Below, piece by piece: positions 32,288-42,072 of a stretch of 64,000 nt of DNA (position 1 is the first letter of the stretch; every line of letters starts with the position of its first letter). Location: positions 800,001 to 864,000 of the forward strand of contig CAWGMQ010000004.1 of assembly GCA_963823665.1 (NCBI GenBank), given 5' to 3'. The translations under genes and the position numbers were made by a program. The DNA is from an uncultured Planctomycetota bacterium (GTDB lineage Bacteria; Planctomycetota; Planctomycetia; Isosphaerales; Isosphaeraceae). Under the pieces are notes generated by a model. The model did no database searches. It saw only the letters and a program-made list of their open reading frames with translations, and was not told the DNA's origin.

Positions 32288-33019
32288 TCAGGTGAAGATG
32301 GGCACGTTGGTGTTGTAGAACGCCGCCTCCAGATACTCGAGCGCCAGGGCGAAGTTCAGGATCGCGATGTCGTTTTCGGCTGAGGGCGTCGTCGAGAACG
32401 ACAAGGGGGGGCCGCCGTTTAGGCTGGTGATCAATGGTCCTGCATTAGCGACGACCTGTTCTTGCGTGAGCGGGACGTCGAAATTGACCACATCGCCGTT
32501 GACGTTGTCTGTCATGATCAGGTTGAGAAGCACATTGATATACCCCGAATGCCTCGCCTCGATGGTCAGGATCGACCCGGCTGCGGCGAGGTAAGCTTTA
32601 TTGAAGATGATCGGGGCTGCGCCCAAGTAAGCTCCAACTCCCGTGTTCTCGAGCGCCCGGGAGGTCTGGGCAAAGGTCACCAAGTTAGGCTGGGTGAGGT
32701 CGACGAACGAGGGTTGAGGGCGTGCATTGGCTCCCAGCGCATTGACGAGGAACGCCACATGGGCATTCTCATGTGTCTGGATCGCCTCGAATTCCCTCAC
32801 GTTCTCTCCCAGATACAGGCTTGGGAGATAATTGGGATTGCCGGCGAAAGCCTGACGCCCGGCAGAAACCGCGAGGGCCGCACCCGCGGCCGCCGCGCCG
32901 CGACGGAAGAACGCTCGGCGCCCCGTTCGCTGTGGTTTGCCGGATTTGCCGGCGGCTCCCGGACGCCAGTCAGACCCGAACGAGTCGTCGCTCATTGCCG
33001 CCTTGAGAACGGAATCCAT
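32288..33019 (-). CDS. Tat-exported ferritin-like (Ferritin_2/Rds1-type) protein
   Basis: 'GRRAFFRRGAAAAGAALAV..AFA' Tat signal; 'HENAH', 'LENTGVGAY', 'IEARH', 'ILNFALALEYLEAAFY'; AAGGAG RBS. Confidence 0.85.
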   Translation of the reverse strand: MDSVLKAAMSDDSFGSDWRPGAAGKSGKPQRTGRRAFFRRGAAAAGAALAVSAGRQAFAGNPNYLPSLYLGENVREFEAIQTHENAHVAFLVNALGANARPQPSFVDLTQPNLVTFAQTSRALENTGVGAYLGAAPIIFNKAYLAAAGSILTIEARHSGYINVLLNLIMTDNVNGDVVNFDVPLTQEQVVANAGPLITSLNGGPPLSFSTTPSAENDIAILNFALALEYLEAAFYNTNVPIFT

Positions 33020-33324
33020 GGTAAAACTCCTTGAAAAGGACTCTGACGAACCAAGAAAACACCAGAACCAGAAACCTTGGGGGCGGGCGCGAGACGAAGG
33101 AAATGAAACGGTATAAGTTCGTCCGGCATGACCCCCCAAAGTCGAACCAACCCACGTGAATGGATTGATCTGCGCCACACCGCCTCTTGCGGCGGGGCGC
33201 AATCGCTCCGCCGTCAAGAATGGCCGCGCGCGACACGGCCATGCCCCTGTCGGGGCCACTCGCCAACCGTGCTTCGTGTGTCGCCGGCGCCGGGGCTTTC
33301 ATTTTCCCAGCGGTCGCGATCAGT

Positions 33325-34218
33325 CTAGCTGCAATCGACGTTCAAAATGTCGGTCAGATTGTTGGGCAGCGACGTCGGGTCGACTTCCGGGACCGGCGGT
33401 CGCTGGAAGGCGAGCGCGGTCGAGCCGGTCAACCCGAGCAATATCACAGTCAGGGCCATGACGGGCCAGAGCCAGTGGACATAGAGGCCAACGGTCGTAC
33501 CGAGTGTCAGCTCGGCCATCCTGAGCGCGCCGGCGAACTTGGATTCGAGTGCCGCTCGACGGCCCGCTGCGCCGAGAGTCATTACGCGCACGGTTGATTC
33601 CAGCAGCGGTTGCGGTACCGCGGCCGCCCGGCTGGGATTGAGCAACCAGAGCAGCAACCCGGCGCCGAGACCGGCGCCGCGACGATCGAGTCGCTCGCGC
33701 ATCAACCGGCGCCCTCGCACCAGCCGCGCCTTGACGGTGCCGACCGGCCAAGAGAGCCGCCGCGCGGCTTCTTGGTGTGTGAGTCCTTCCAGGTAGCAGA
33801 GCATGAGCGGCTGTCGATAGGAATCGGGCAGGCGATCCAGCTCGTCCCGGATCATCTGGCGCGTCTCCGGTGTGAGTTCCTGACGAGAATACACGCTCGG
33901 CGACATGTCGGCCAACGTCCTTTCGAGCACTCGCCGCCGCGCAGCGCGGCAACGCGACCTGACGGCTGTACGGTAGGCCACGCCACGGAGCCATCCTCCC
34001 AGGGCCTCAGGATCCTGAATCGACGGTGCTTTCCGAACCAGCACCAAGAACGTGGCCTGAAACGCATCCTCCGCCTCGTGCGCGTCTTGGAGCACGCCGC
34101 GACAGACCTGAAGCACGGCCGGTCCGTGCCGGGCCACCAGGTTCCGGAAGGCCGCCGAGTCGCGTTCCTTCACAAAGCAATCGAGCAACTGGCTATCGCT
34201 GGCAGCAGTTTGCCGCAT
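33325..34218 (-). CDS. ECF sigma factor with C-terminal membrane-anchored extension (planctomycete type)
   Basis: 'SDSQLL..F', 'RHGPAV..VCR', 'AEDAFQATFLVL', 'CYLEGLTHQEAA..L.WPVGTVKARL.RGR', then hydrophobic helices. Confidence 0.9.
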   Translation of the reverse strand: MRQTAASDSQLLDCFVKERDSAAFRNLVARHGPAVLQVCRGVLQDAHEAEDAFQATFLVLVRKAPSIQDPEALGGWLRGVAYRTAVRSRCRAARRRVLERTLADMSPSVYSRQELTPETRQMIRDELDRLPDSYRQPLMLCYLEGLTHQEAARRLSWPVGTVKARLVRGRRLMRERLDRRGAGLGAGLLLWLLNPSRAAAVPQPLLESTVRVMTLGAAGRRAALESKFAGALRMAELTLGTTVGLYVHWLWPVMALTVILLGLTGSTALAFQRPPVPEVDPTSLPNNLTDILNVDCS

Positions 34219-34567
34219 GTTTGTCCTCGTAACCCAGCGGTGGCCGACGTGTTTGTCGGCTGGCGCCTTGGTGATCACTATACTCTGCGGTCCGGTGCGG
34301 GAATGGGTTCAACTTTCTCAGATAATTCGGTCGGGAGGCAAGGGGTTTCGTGGCGGAGAATAAAGAAACCAGGAAGGTAGGAACGGAGAGGCAATGGGGC
34401 AAGGATTGTTCGGGCGATTTCCGTAACGGTGGCTTGGCTGGCTCTCGATCGAGTAGACTGAGCTGGGATCGAGATTCGGCTCAAGCGATCCGATTGGAAG
34501 CGTCGATGGGGTCGGTTGCTGGTCGCTGCGAGATTATTGCAGTGCGGTGAATTCGCCAATAGCAGGA

Positions 34568-35294
34568 ATGACACGCGTGTTGCACGAAACGACCGACGAG
34601 GCGGGAACACGAGGCCGTGCGCACCATGGAGTCGACCGTGCCCCGATGCGCGACGTGCCCGATCACCAGACGATCGCTGACCTCCTCAAGCGTCTGGGAG
34701 GAGTGTCGGCCGCCAGGGTTCGGCTTCAGCCGTCGCCGGGCACTGCCACCGAGCGCGACGTCGTCGCGGTGCACGACCGCGAGAACCGCCTGTTCGAGCT
34801 GGTCGACGGGACACTCGTGGAGAAGGTGATGGGGTTCGACGAATCACGGTTCGCAGTTCTGCTTGCGACGTATCTCGTCAATTATCTCGAGCGACATGAT
34901 CTGGGGGCCATTGTCGGAGCCGACGGGATGATGAGGCTTTTCCCCGGGCTGGTCCGGATCCCGGACGTGGCATTCATCTCTTCGGCGCGCTACCCGAAGC
35001 GGAAGCGCCGGCGGGGGGAGATTCCGCACGTCGTGCCGGACCTGATCGTCGAGGTGCTCAGCAAGGGAAACACTCCGAAAGAAATGGCGCAAGCTCGACG
35101 AGTATTTCCGCGCCGGCGTTCGGCTGGTCTGGTACGTCGATCCCGCGAAGCGGAGCGTCCGCGTCTACACAGGGCGGGAACAGTCGACCTTGTTTCGTGA
35201 GAATCAGACGCTCGACGGCGGCGATGTGCTGCCAGGGTTTTCGCTGAAGATTCGCGAGTGGTTCCGGCGGGCGGAACGGAGTACGCCGCGTTAG
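34568..35294 (+). CDS. Uma2 (DUF820) family endonuclease-like protein, frameshift ~35089; start uncertain
   Basis: 'FELVDGTLVEKVMG', 'RIPDVAF', 'PDLIVEVLS.GNT' plus 'KLDEYFRAGVRLVWYVDP...LDGGDVLPGF'. Confidence 0.85.
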
Positions 35295-35321
35295 GCAGCC
35301 TGGCTCGCGGTCATTCCCAGC

Positions 35322-38300
35322 TCACGGCCGATCGGTACTGAGCACGAACGCGGCCCAGTTGTATGGCGGTAGTTTATCGGACTGCGGTCCGTCTTCTCGC
35401 TTCAATCCACCGCCGTCGAGGTCGCCACGTAGCATTGAGAGCTGTGCTTCACGCAATGCTTGGGCTGGGGACTGGTTTTTTCGCCAGAGGTTTTCGTAGA
35501 AGCGGGCCATCAGTGCACGAGTGGGCTCGTCGCCGACCTTCCAGAGGCTGGCCACAACCGAGTGCGCTCCGGCGACCTGGAATGCGCGCTGGAGGCCGAG
35601 CAACCCCTCGCCGCCGGCGACCTCGCCCAGGCCGGTTTCGCACGCGGAGAGCACGGCCAGCTCGACACCGGAGAGATCGAGCTCGGCGACCTCGAGGGCG
35701 GTCAGGATGCCGTCGTCGTAGCCGATGGGCGTGGGGCGGATGTTGGCGCCGGCCAGCGCAATGCCGGAAAGCAGGCCGGGATGATAGCCGGCCACGCCGG
35801 CACCGCCCAAGCTGTCGATTCCCGGGCGTTTCGTGTGTGAATCGGCCGAGGCGAGCGCCGATCGAAGCGACGCAGGGGCGAAGTAACCGTGGGTTGCGAA
35901 ATGCAGGTAGCGGGACTTCGGGGCGAGCTGGCGAATTGATTCTTCGGTCGCCTTGTCTCCGCGCAGCACCTGGGGACGAGGGGCTTCGGGGAAACGCCCT
36001 TCAAATGAGTCGCGGATTTCCAGTATCTCTTCGCCAGTGGAGTCGAGCGGTCCGAAATCACGTTGAGCGCCGGCGCGAGTGTCGACGGCCGCGGATCGCT
36101 GCTCGCCCTGGTCGGTCGCTCGTTCGGCTTGGCCGTCGTAGTTGATGTCGCCGGCGAGCAGAAGCGTCGCTTTGGACTCGAGGGCGATCGAATGGCCGCC
36201 ACCTACCGGCTCGTCACCACCCATCATCCGCGGGACGGGAATCAGGGCGATTGATCGCTCCTCGATCAGGTAACGGCCCGGATCCTTCCCCGGCAGGGCC
36301 GCCAGGGGAACCAGGCCGATCGGGCCGTCGGGTGAGATGAGCACCGACGTGGCGCCTTCCAGGTGGGGTTCCAGAGGCTCCCAGATGAGACGCCGCAAAT
36401 TACGAGCTGGTTCGCTGCTGGTGGTTGCCGGATTCCGGCTGATCAACAGGGGGCGCCAGTCGTCCGTTGCCTTTTGAATCGCTGCGAGGGAACCCAGCTC
36501 GACGCGCACGATCGGACGACCCTGCCTGAGCACAAATGCGACGACGTGGCGTTCAAAGAGTAACTCGCCCTTGCCTGTGTCGGGGGGGCAACACAGCGTA
36601 TAAACCAAAAAGTCGACGAGTGCAGTCACTGTGTTCGGCAAAGTCGCTTGAAGCTGCTCGGGAGTGCGTTCGATCTTCTGTGCGGCGCGGAAGCTCGCAT
36701 CGAGACGAGAAAGCTCTGCTTCGAGCTCGTCCTTGCGGCGGGACAATTCCTCGAGCCGCGATTTCCATTGCTCGGACTTCTTCGGATCTGGCGCCGACAG
36801 CGCCATGGTCGAGAGCTGGGTCACGGTTTGTGTGTACTCGTCAAACCGCCTGCCGGCCTCGGAGCCCGGGCTCGCCCGGTGCTGGCGACGCTGGATCCGA
36901 AGCTGGCGCTGGCGCTCGAGCACGGCTCCCTTGGCGGCGAGGACGTGGCGGTAATGGTCGCGTGCCGAGATTCTGGCGAGCGGCGACAAAGACAGGTATG
37001 TATCGAGCAGGAACCGGAGGTCCTGCGCCATGGCCAGTTGCTGGCGCTCGGATTGCACCGCGGCGGCCAAGTCGAGGTTGCCTTCTGCGATCTCGAGGGC
37101 TTTTGTCATCAGCGGATTTGCCGCGGTGACATCGCTTTGGGCCCAGGCAAGAAGACCAAGATTATTCAAGCTGACCGCGTAATCGGGGTGCCGCTCGCCA
37201 AGTACTTCCTTGCGGATCGCCAGCGCCCGCTCGTACAGCGGCCGTGCGGCGGCAAAGGCGCCCTGCGATTCGAGCAACGACGCCAGGTTGTCCAGGCTCG
37301 CGGCATAAGCTGGATGCCGCTCGCCAAGCGCCTCCTTTTGAATTGTCAGCGCTCGCTCGCAGAGCGGGCGCGCGGCGGCGTAGTCTCCCTGCCGCTTGAG
37401 CAATGCGGCCAGATTGATCAGGCTCATGGCGAAGTCGGGGTGGCGCTCGCCAACTGCCTCCTTGTAAATCGCGCGTGCCTGCTCGTACATCGGTCGTGCG
37501 GCGGCGTGATCTCCCTGCGATTCGAGCAACGAGGCCAGGTTGTTCAGGCTCATGGCGTAGTCGACGTGGTGCTCGCCAACTACCTCCTTGTAAATCGCCA
37601 TCGCCTGCTCCAAGAGCGGGCGCGCGGCGGCGAAGTCTCCCTGCCGCTTGAGCAATGCGGCCAGGTTGCCCAGGCTCAGGGCATAGGCGGGGTGCCGCTC
37701 GCCAAACACCTCCCTGCGGATCGCCAGCGCCTGCTCCAAGAGCGGGCGCGCGGCGGCGTAGTCTCCCTGCAATCCGAGCAGTGTGGCCAGGTCGTTCAAG
37801 CTCATGGAGTAGTCGGGGTGGCGCTCGCCAAGTACCTCCTTGCGGATCGCTAGCGCTCGCTCGTACAGAGGGCGAGCGGTGGCGTACTCTCCCTGCGAAT
37901 GGAGCAACGTGGCGAGGTTGTTCAGGCTCAGGGCGTAATCGGGGTGGCGCTCGCCAAGTGCCTCCTTGCGGATCGCCAGCGCCCGCTCGTACATCGGTCG
38001 GGCGGCGGCGTAGTCTAGCAATGCGGCCAGGTTGCTCAGGCTCGTGGCGTAGGCGGGGTGCCGCTCACCAAGTACCTCCTTCTGGATCGCCAGCGCCTGC
38101 TCACAGAGCGGTCGTGCGGCGGCGTAGTCTCCCTGCGATCGGAGCACGTAGGCCAGGTTGTTCAGGCTTGTGGCGTAGTCGGGTTGCCGCTCACCGAGCA
38201 ACTCCTTGCGGATCGCCAACTCGCGACGCGCCAATTCCGCGGATTCGGCATACTTTGCCTGGTCGTAGAGAGCGAGGGAACTTTGGTTCAAGCGACTGGC

Positions 38301-38765
38301 TTGTGCCAATCGCTCTCGTTGTTCACCGGTGAGCGAGGCCTGGCGCTTCACGTTGTCTAGCGCGAGGCGCGCGTCGGTTGTCTCCCAGTGGGCCTCGCCA
38401 AGCCGCTTTCTTACGATTTGCAATGCTTCTTGTCGCGCGGCTGTGGCTGCTGCGAACTCATTCTTCTCAAGATTGAGCTGGGCGAGCCAGCCGAGCGAGA
38501 TGCCCAGGTTGGGATCGTCTGCGGCCAGGATCTTGCGCTCGATCGCGATCATCGCCTGGGCGGCCGTGATCGCCTCGGCGAGCTTGCCGTGCCCGCGCAG
38601 CGTCATACTCTCGTTCGCGAGTCGGACACACTCCTTGAGCTGTGCATTGGCCTTGTCGGACGGCTGTTGGGAGAATGCGACCGCTCTTGTTGCAGGCCGG
38701 GCATGCCACGCCAAGAGCGTGAGGATGGCGATGATTCCAATGCGAGAAGCCAGGCTTCGGCTCAT
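35322..38765 (-). CDS. Secreted TPR + CHAT (caspase-like) protease
   Basis: Signal peptide; nine 42-aa 'LGERHPDYA.SLNNLA' repeats; CHAT His 'HFATHG' and Cys 'LSACETGLG'; 'SLWKV.D', 'PYNWAAF'. Confidence 0.92.
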   Translation of the reverse strand: MSRSLASRIGIIAILTLLAWHARPATRAVAFSQQPSDKANAQLKECVRLANESMTLRGHGKLAEAITAAQAMIAIERKILAADDPNLGISLGWLAQLNLEKNEFAAATAARQEALQIVRKRLGEAHWETTDARLALDNVKRQASLTGEQRERLAQASRLNQSSLALYDQAKYAESAELARRELAIRKELLGERQPDYATSLNNLAYVLRSQGDYAAARPLCEQALAIQKEVLGERHPAYATSLSNLAALLDYAAARPMYERALAIRKEALGERHPDYALSLNNLATLLHSQGEYATARPLYERALAIRKEVLGERHPDYSMSLNDLATLLGLQGDYAAARPLLEQALAIRREVFGERHPAYALSLGNLAALLKRQGDFAAARPLLEQAMAIYKEVVGEHHVDYAMSLNNLASLLESQGDHAAARPMYEQARAIYKEAVGERHPDFAMSLINLAALLKRQGDYAAARPLCERALTIQKEALGERHPAYAASLDNLASLLESQGAFAAARPLYERALAIRKEVLGERHPDYAVSLNNLGLLAWAQSDVTAANPLMTKALEIAEGNLDLAAAVQSERQQLAMAQDLRFLLDTYLSLSPLARISARDHYRHVLAAKGAVLERQRQLRIQRRQHRASPGSEAGRRFDEYTQTVTQLSTMALSAPDPKKSEQWKSRLEELSRRKDELEAELSRLDASFRAAQKIERTPEQLQATLPNTVTALVDFLVYTLCCPPDTGKGELLFERHVVAFVLRQGRPIVRVELGSLAAIQKATDDWRPLLISRNPATTSSEPARNLRRLIWEPLEPHLEGATSVLISPDGPIGLVPLAALPGKDPGRYLIEERSIALIPVPRMMGGDEPVGGGHSIALESKATLLLAGDINYDGQAERATDQGEQRSAAVDTRAGAQRDFGPLDSTGEEILEIRDSFEGRFPEAPRPQVLRGDKATEESIRQLAPKSRYLHFATHGYFAPASLRSALASADSHTKRPGIDSLGGAGVAGYHPGLLSGIALAGANIRPTPIGYDDGILTALEVAELDLSGVELAVLSACETGLGEVAGGEGLLGLQRAFQVAGAHSVVASLWKVGDEPTRALMARFYENLWRKNQSPAQALREAQLSMLRGDLDGGGLKREDGPQSDKLPPYNWAAFVLSTDRP
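37070..38200 (-). repeat. Nine ~126-bp TPR coding repeats, one with an in-frame 12-bp deletion (~38015)
   Basis: Repeat 2 reads 'NLAALLDYAAARP' versus 'NLA.LL.SQGDYAAARP' in the others. Confidence 0.8.
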
Positions 38766-39415
38766 GAACGATCTCCCGGATGATGTGATCGCGATCCGAT
38801 GCAGCGCCGCGGCCCATGCGATCTCTCGGTGATCGACACGTTTCGCATTCTCGCGGACAGAAGGCAGTCGAGTCAAATTCTTGCGCGGGAGGCGGTGAAC
38901 GATTCGGCGTTTGCTGTTGCGCGACGGCTCTGCGGCGGTGGCCAACGGAGCTGGACCTCGTAAGTGATGCGGCCGGCCTGGCCCTTGGGCGTCTTCGTGA
39001 TCGTGACACTCTTGATTTCCTTTTCGGTTTCAAGATCACCGAGCCCAAACTCGGCCGTGTCGGTCCTGGTGCGTATTGTGCCGGTGATGGTCGCCGGGGG
39101 TAGGTTCGGAGCGATCTGGATGGTCTAGGAGAGACTTAAATCGGTATTCGGCTTGACGTTCATGACCGACACCAAGCCGGCATGAACCGCGCGACACTGG
39201 GCCACCCCGACGAGAGCCGTCGCGGTGACGAGGTGGTGACGAGCGAGTCGACGCACACGCATGCTGGACCTCTGCGCGAGGCGAATCGGTCCGAGTTCCT
39301 TGGCCGCTGGATGTAAATCGGCGACTATCACCATAATCATAAGCTGGGCGTCTCGCAGCAACGAAACAACGCCCGGTGTTGGGGTTGCCAATGGCGTGTT
39401 GCGAGGAGACGACGT

Positions 39416-40129
39416 ATGGATCTGGCGACATGTAACACGCTCGCCGAGTTTACAAAGCTCATCGAGGAAACGTGCCTCGATCAGTCAATCACTCTTTTTC
39501 GCGGGCAGTCGGGTGACTTTCCGCTTCTTCCGTCGATTGCCAGAGAGCGCCTCACTGATGACGTCTTGGTCATTGAAGAGTTGATGCTCCACGAGTTCCG
39601 GAGGCACAGTGTTCCGTTCTTGAAGGTCGTGCCCGCAACTCTGTGGGAGTGGGTCGCGCTCGCCCAGCATCACGGGCTTCCGACCCGTCTCCTGGATTGG
39701 TCCTCCAATCCCCTGCGCTCTGGTTTGCGGTTAAGAGGCCAGCCTGTGACGGACGAAACGGTGTGCTCTGGATTTTGCGGCCGAGCGATGAAGACTTCGC
39801 GACCGAATTCAATACAAACTCGCTCGATTGTCGGCGTCACTTGGTGTTCGCGCCCCAGCAAATAACGGAAAGAATCACCGCGCAGGTGGCGTGGTTCACC
39901 GTCCACAGCGCGAGCGCACAGCATCCGACCTTTGAGCCACTCGAAGAAGCGGCTGAATTTCAGGGCAAACTTACGAAAGTTCAGATCCCAGCCAATCGCT
40001 TCGCCCACCTCCGATTTCATCTGAATCGGTGCGGCGTGAACTGTGCTTCCGTATTTCCCGGACTCGACGGTCTCTGCGCATATTCGCTGGCAGCGGTGCT
40101 ATCTCCCGGACGAGGGGAATTCCGGATGA
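39416..40129 (+). CDS. FRG-domain protein (frameshifts ~39716, ~40078)
   Basis: 'LFRGQ', 'LLPSIAR', 'LAQHHGLPTRLLDWS.NPL', 'ALWFA', 'RITAQ..WFT', 'SVFPGLDG'. Confidence 0.85.
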
Positions 40130-40132
40130 CGT

Positions 40133-40381
40133 CTGGCGGGGCTATCACGGGGTCCGGAGTCGTCGCCCACGCTGGGCGACCTCGCGAATCGCAAGTTCCT
40201 CGCGGTGAGCGGGCAGACGTCGCTTCACGAGGTCATGACGCACGCGGGCGCGGCCGGTGCCGACGTGGTGCTCGTCACCGAGGGATCCGGGAACGTGTCG
40301 AGCCGTGGAGTTCTGGGATTGATCACAAAGGCGCAGATCGCGACGACGGAGATCGATGCGCTCTCGGTTTTTACCGATTGA
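40133..40381 (+). pseudogene. Start-less C-terminal CBS-domain fragment (resembles a ClC channel tail)
   Basis: Unlisted frame reads 'PTLGDLANRKFLAVSGQTSLHEVM...VVLVTEG...VLGLITKAQIA...SVFTD*'. Confidence 0.5.
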
Positions 40382-40799
40382 CATCGATCCCGGTGAGCGG
40401 GGTGTTGGCGGCGGCCAAGGCATGGGTTCGGGCGAACCAGCAGGCAAGGGTAAGCAGGGCCGGGATGATCGTGGCGGTGAGGAACGCCAGGAACAAAAGG
40501 TACTGCCTGCCCGCGATCGCCTGCGAGATCGCCAGACCGCCGAAGAAAGCGAGCGACCCGAGGATGGTGAGAATGCTGCCAGTAGCCTGCCAGCGCCAGA
40601 GAGTCGCCAGCCCGATCAGGATCGTCAAGTGGGCGAGCTGTGCCAGCCACACCCAGACCGGCGGGAGCCCCTTGGCTGGATGCGAGAACCATTCTTGCAG
40701 ATGCTCGACGAAAAACGCTCCCCACAACAAGAACAGTCCAAGGGCCAGGATCCGGCCGGTCCAGCAGAGGATGCTCATGGTGCGCGCGCTCGGTGTCAT
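40371..40799 (-). CDS. Small integral membrane protein (about 4 TM)
   Basis: Hydrophobic helices; 'LWGAFFVEHLQEWF'. Confidence 0.65.
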   Translation of the reverse strand: MTPSARTMSILCWTGRILALGLFLLWGAFFVEHLQEWFSHPAKGLPPVWVWLAQLAHLTILIGLATLWRWQATGSILTILGSLAFFGGLAISQAIAGRQYLLFLAFLTATIIPALLTLACWFARTHALAAANTPLTGIDVNR

Positions 40800-40951
40800 G
40801 GCATGCTTACTCTTGTTTGAGAACAAGACCCACGGGGGGCTCTCTTGCTTTCTCTCTTTCTCTATATGATGAGCAGTGGCGCACGAAATGTGCCATCAAC
40901 GGGCAAAAAAGGGCAAGCACACCCTTCGCGACTCGAGATTGGAGAGCCGGC

Positions 40952-41839
40952 GTGAGCACCCTGAACGCCTGGGTGGTCTACCATATCGCAAGTGGTCACG
41001 CGTTTTTCTCAGGGATCGCCTTGCTCGGGCTCGCGGGGCTTTCCGCCTTCTTTAGAGGTGGCCGCTGGCTGGCTTTCTGTCGAGTGCTTCTGACATCCGC
41101 GGGCGCGCTCCTGGTTGCTGTCTCATCGACGCCGTTGCCGGTCTGGTTCTATGGCATTGCCGGAGCCGTCACGCTCGCCTGGGTCGCCGTGGAGTGTTTG
41201 ATCAAGCCGATACATCGGCGGTTGGGGCGCATGCTCCGTTGCGCGATGCTGGCGGTGTGGTGTCTGGGGATCGCGCTCGAAGTGCCGTATCACGTGATGC
41301 TCGCCGTGCCGCGTTTACCGGATGCGAAAGTGTTCCTCATCGGCGATTCGCTCAGCGCGGGAATCAATGGGGAGAAGGAAACGTGGCCCAAGCTGTTTTC
41401 GCGGTCGCATGACGTTGTGTTTGCCGACCTATCACGCTCTGGCGCCGGCACCGCGGAGGCGATGCGGCAGGCCGAGCAAGTGAACGTGAGCGGGCCGACG
41501 GCGCTCGTGCTCGTGGAGATCGGGGGCAACGATGTGCTCCGCGCGTACAAGCCCGAGGCATACGAGCGGGCGCTTGATGCCTTGCTGGCGAAACTTCGCG
41601 GCGGCGGGCGTACTGTCGTCATGCTCGAGTTGCCGTTGCCGCCGTTTCATAATCGGTATGGCGATGCCCAAAGGCGAATGGCCAAGCGTCACGGAGTGCT
41701 TCTGGTGCCCAAACGGGTGCTAATCGGGATCTTGACGTCAAAAGGTGCCACCGTGGATTCGATTCACCTGTCTCGTCGCGGGCATGAACTCATGGCCAAG
41801 ACGGTATCGGGCATCATTGATCAGGTGATTCGACCCTGA
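40952..41839 (+). CDS. SGNH/GDSL hydrolase with N-terminal TM helices
   Basis: 'IGDSLSAG', 'EIGGND', 'DSIHLS..GH'. Confidence 0.85.
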   Translation: MSTLNAWVVYHIASGHAFFSGIALLGLAGLSAFFRGGRWLAFCRVLLTSAGALLVAVSSTPLPVWFYGIAGAVTLAWVAVECLIKPIHRRLGRMLRCAMLAVWCLGIALEVPYHVMLAVPRLPDAKVFLIGDSLSAGINGEKETWPKLFSRSHDVVFADLSRSGAGTAEAMRQAEQVNVSGPTALVLVEIGGNDVLRAYKPEAYERALDALLAKLRGGGRTVVMLELPLPPFHNRYGDAQRRMAKRHGVLLVPKRVLIGILTSKGATVDSIHLSRRGHELMAKTVSGIIDQVIRP

Positions 41840-42072
41840 TGTGACTGGCGCGCGCTGAGCGCAGCAACCACGAAACACACTGACCACACGAAACGGTGAC
41901 AAGCTTGACGCTGCTGGGCGCGGACTGCTTTTCGGCGACTCCTTCCAGGTTGTCGAGTGACTTGATACCCATTTCTCCTGAACGATGGACTCGCTTGTGT
42001 ATTTAGATCAAGTGGCCTTTCTGGTCTACTGTCTGCGTGAGATACAGATTCTGAGACCAAGGAGATTTCAGC

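Noticed and set aside
33085..33120. ECF promoter upstream of the ferritin-like gene (GAACTT...CGTC)
   Set aside because: Spacer appears too long, so it cannot be supported by eye
36648..38332. Repetitive plus-strand ORFs and CRISPR-like periodicity
   Set aside because: Antisense of 126-bp TPR coding repeats; no repeat-spacer structure and no cas genes
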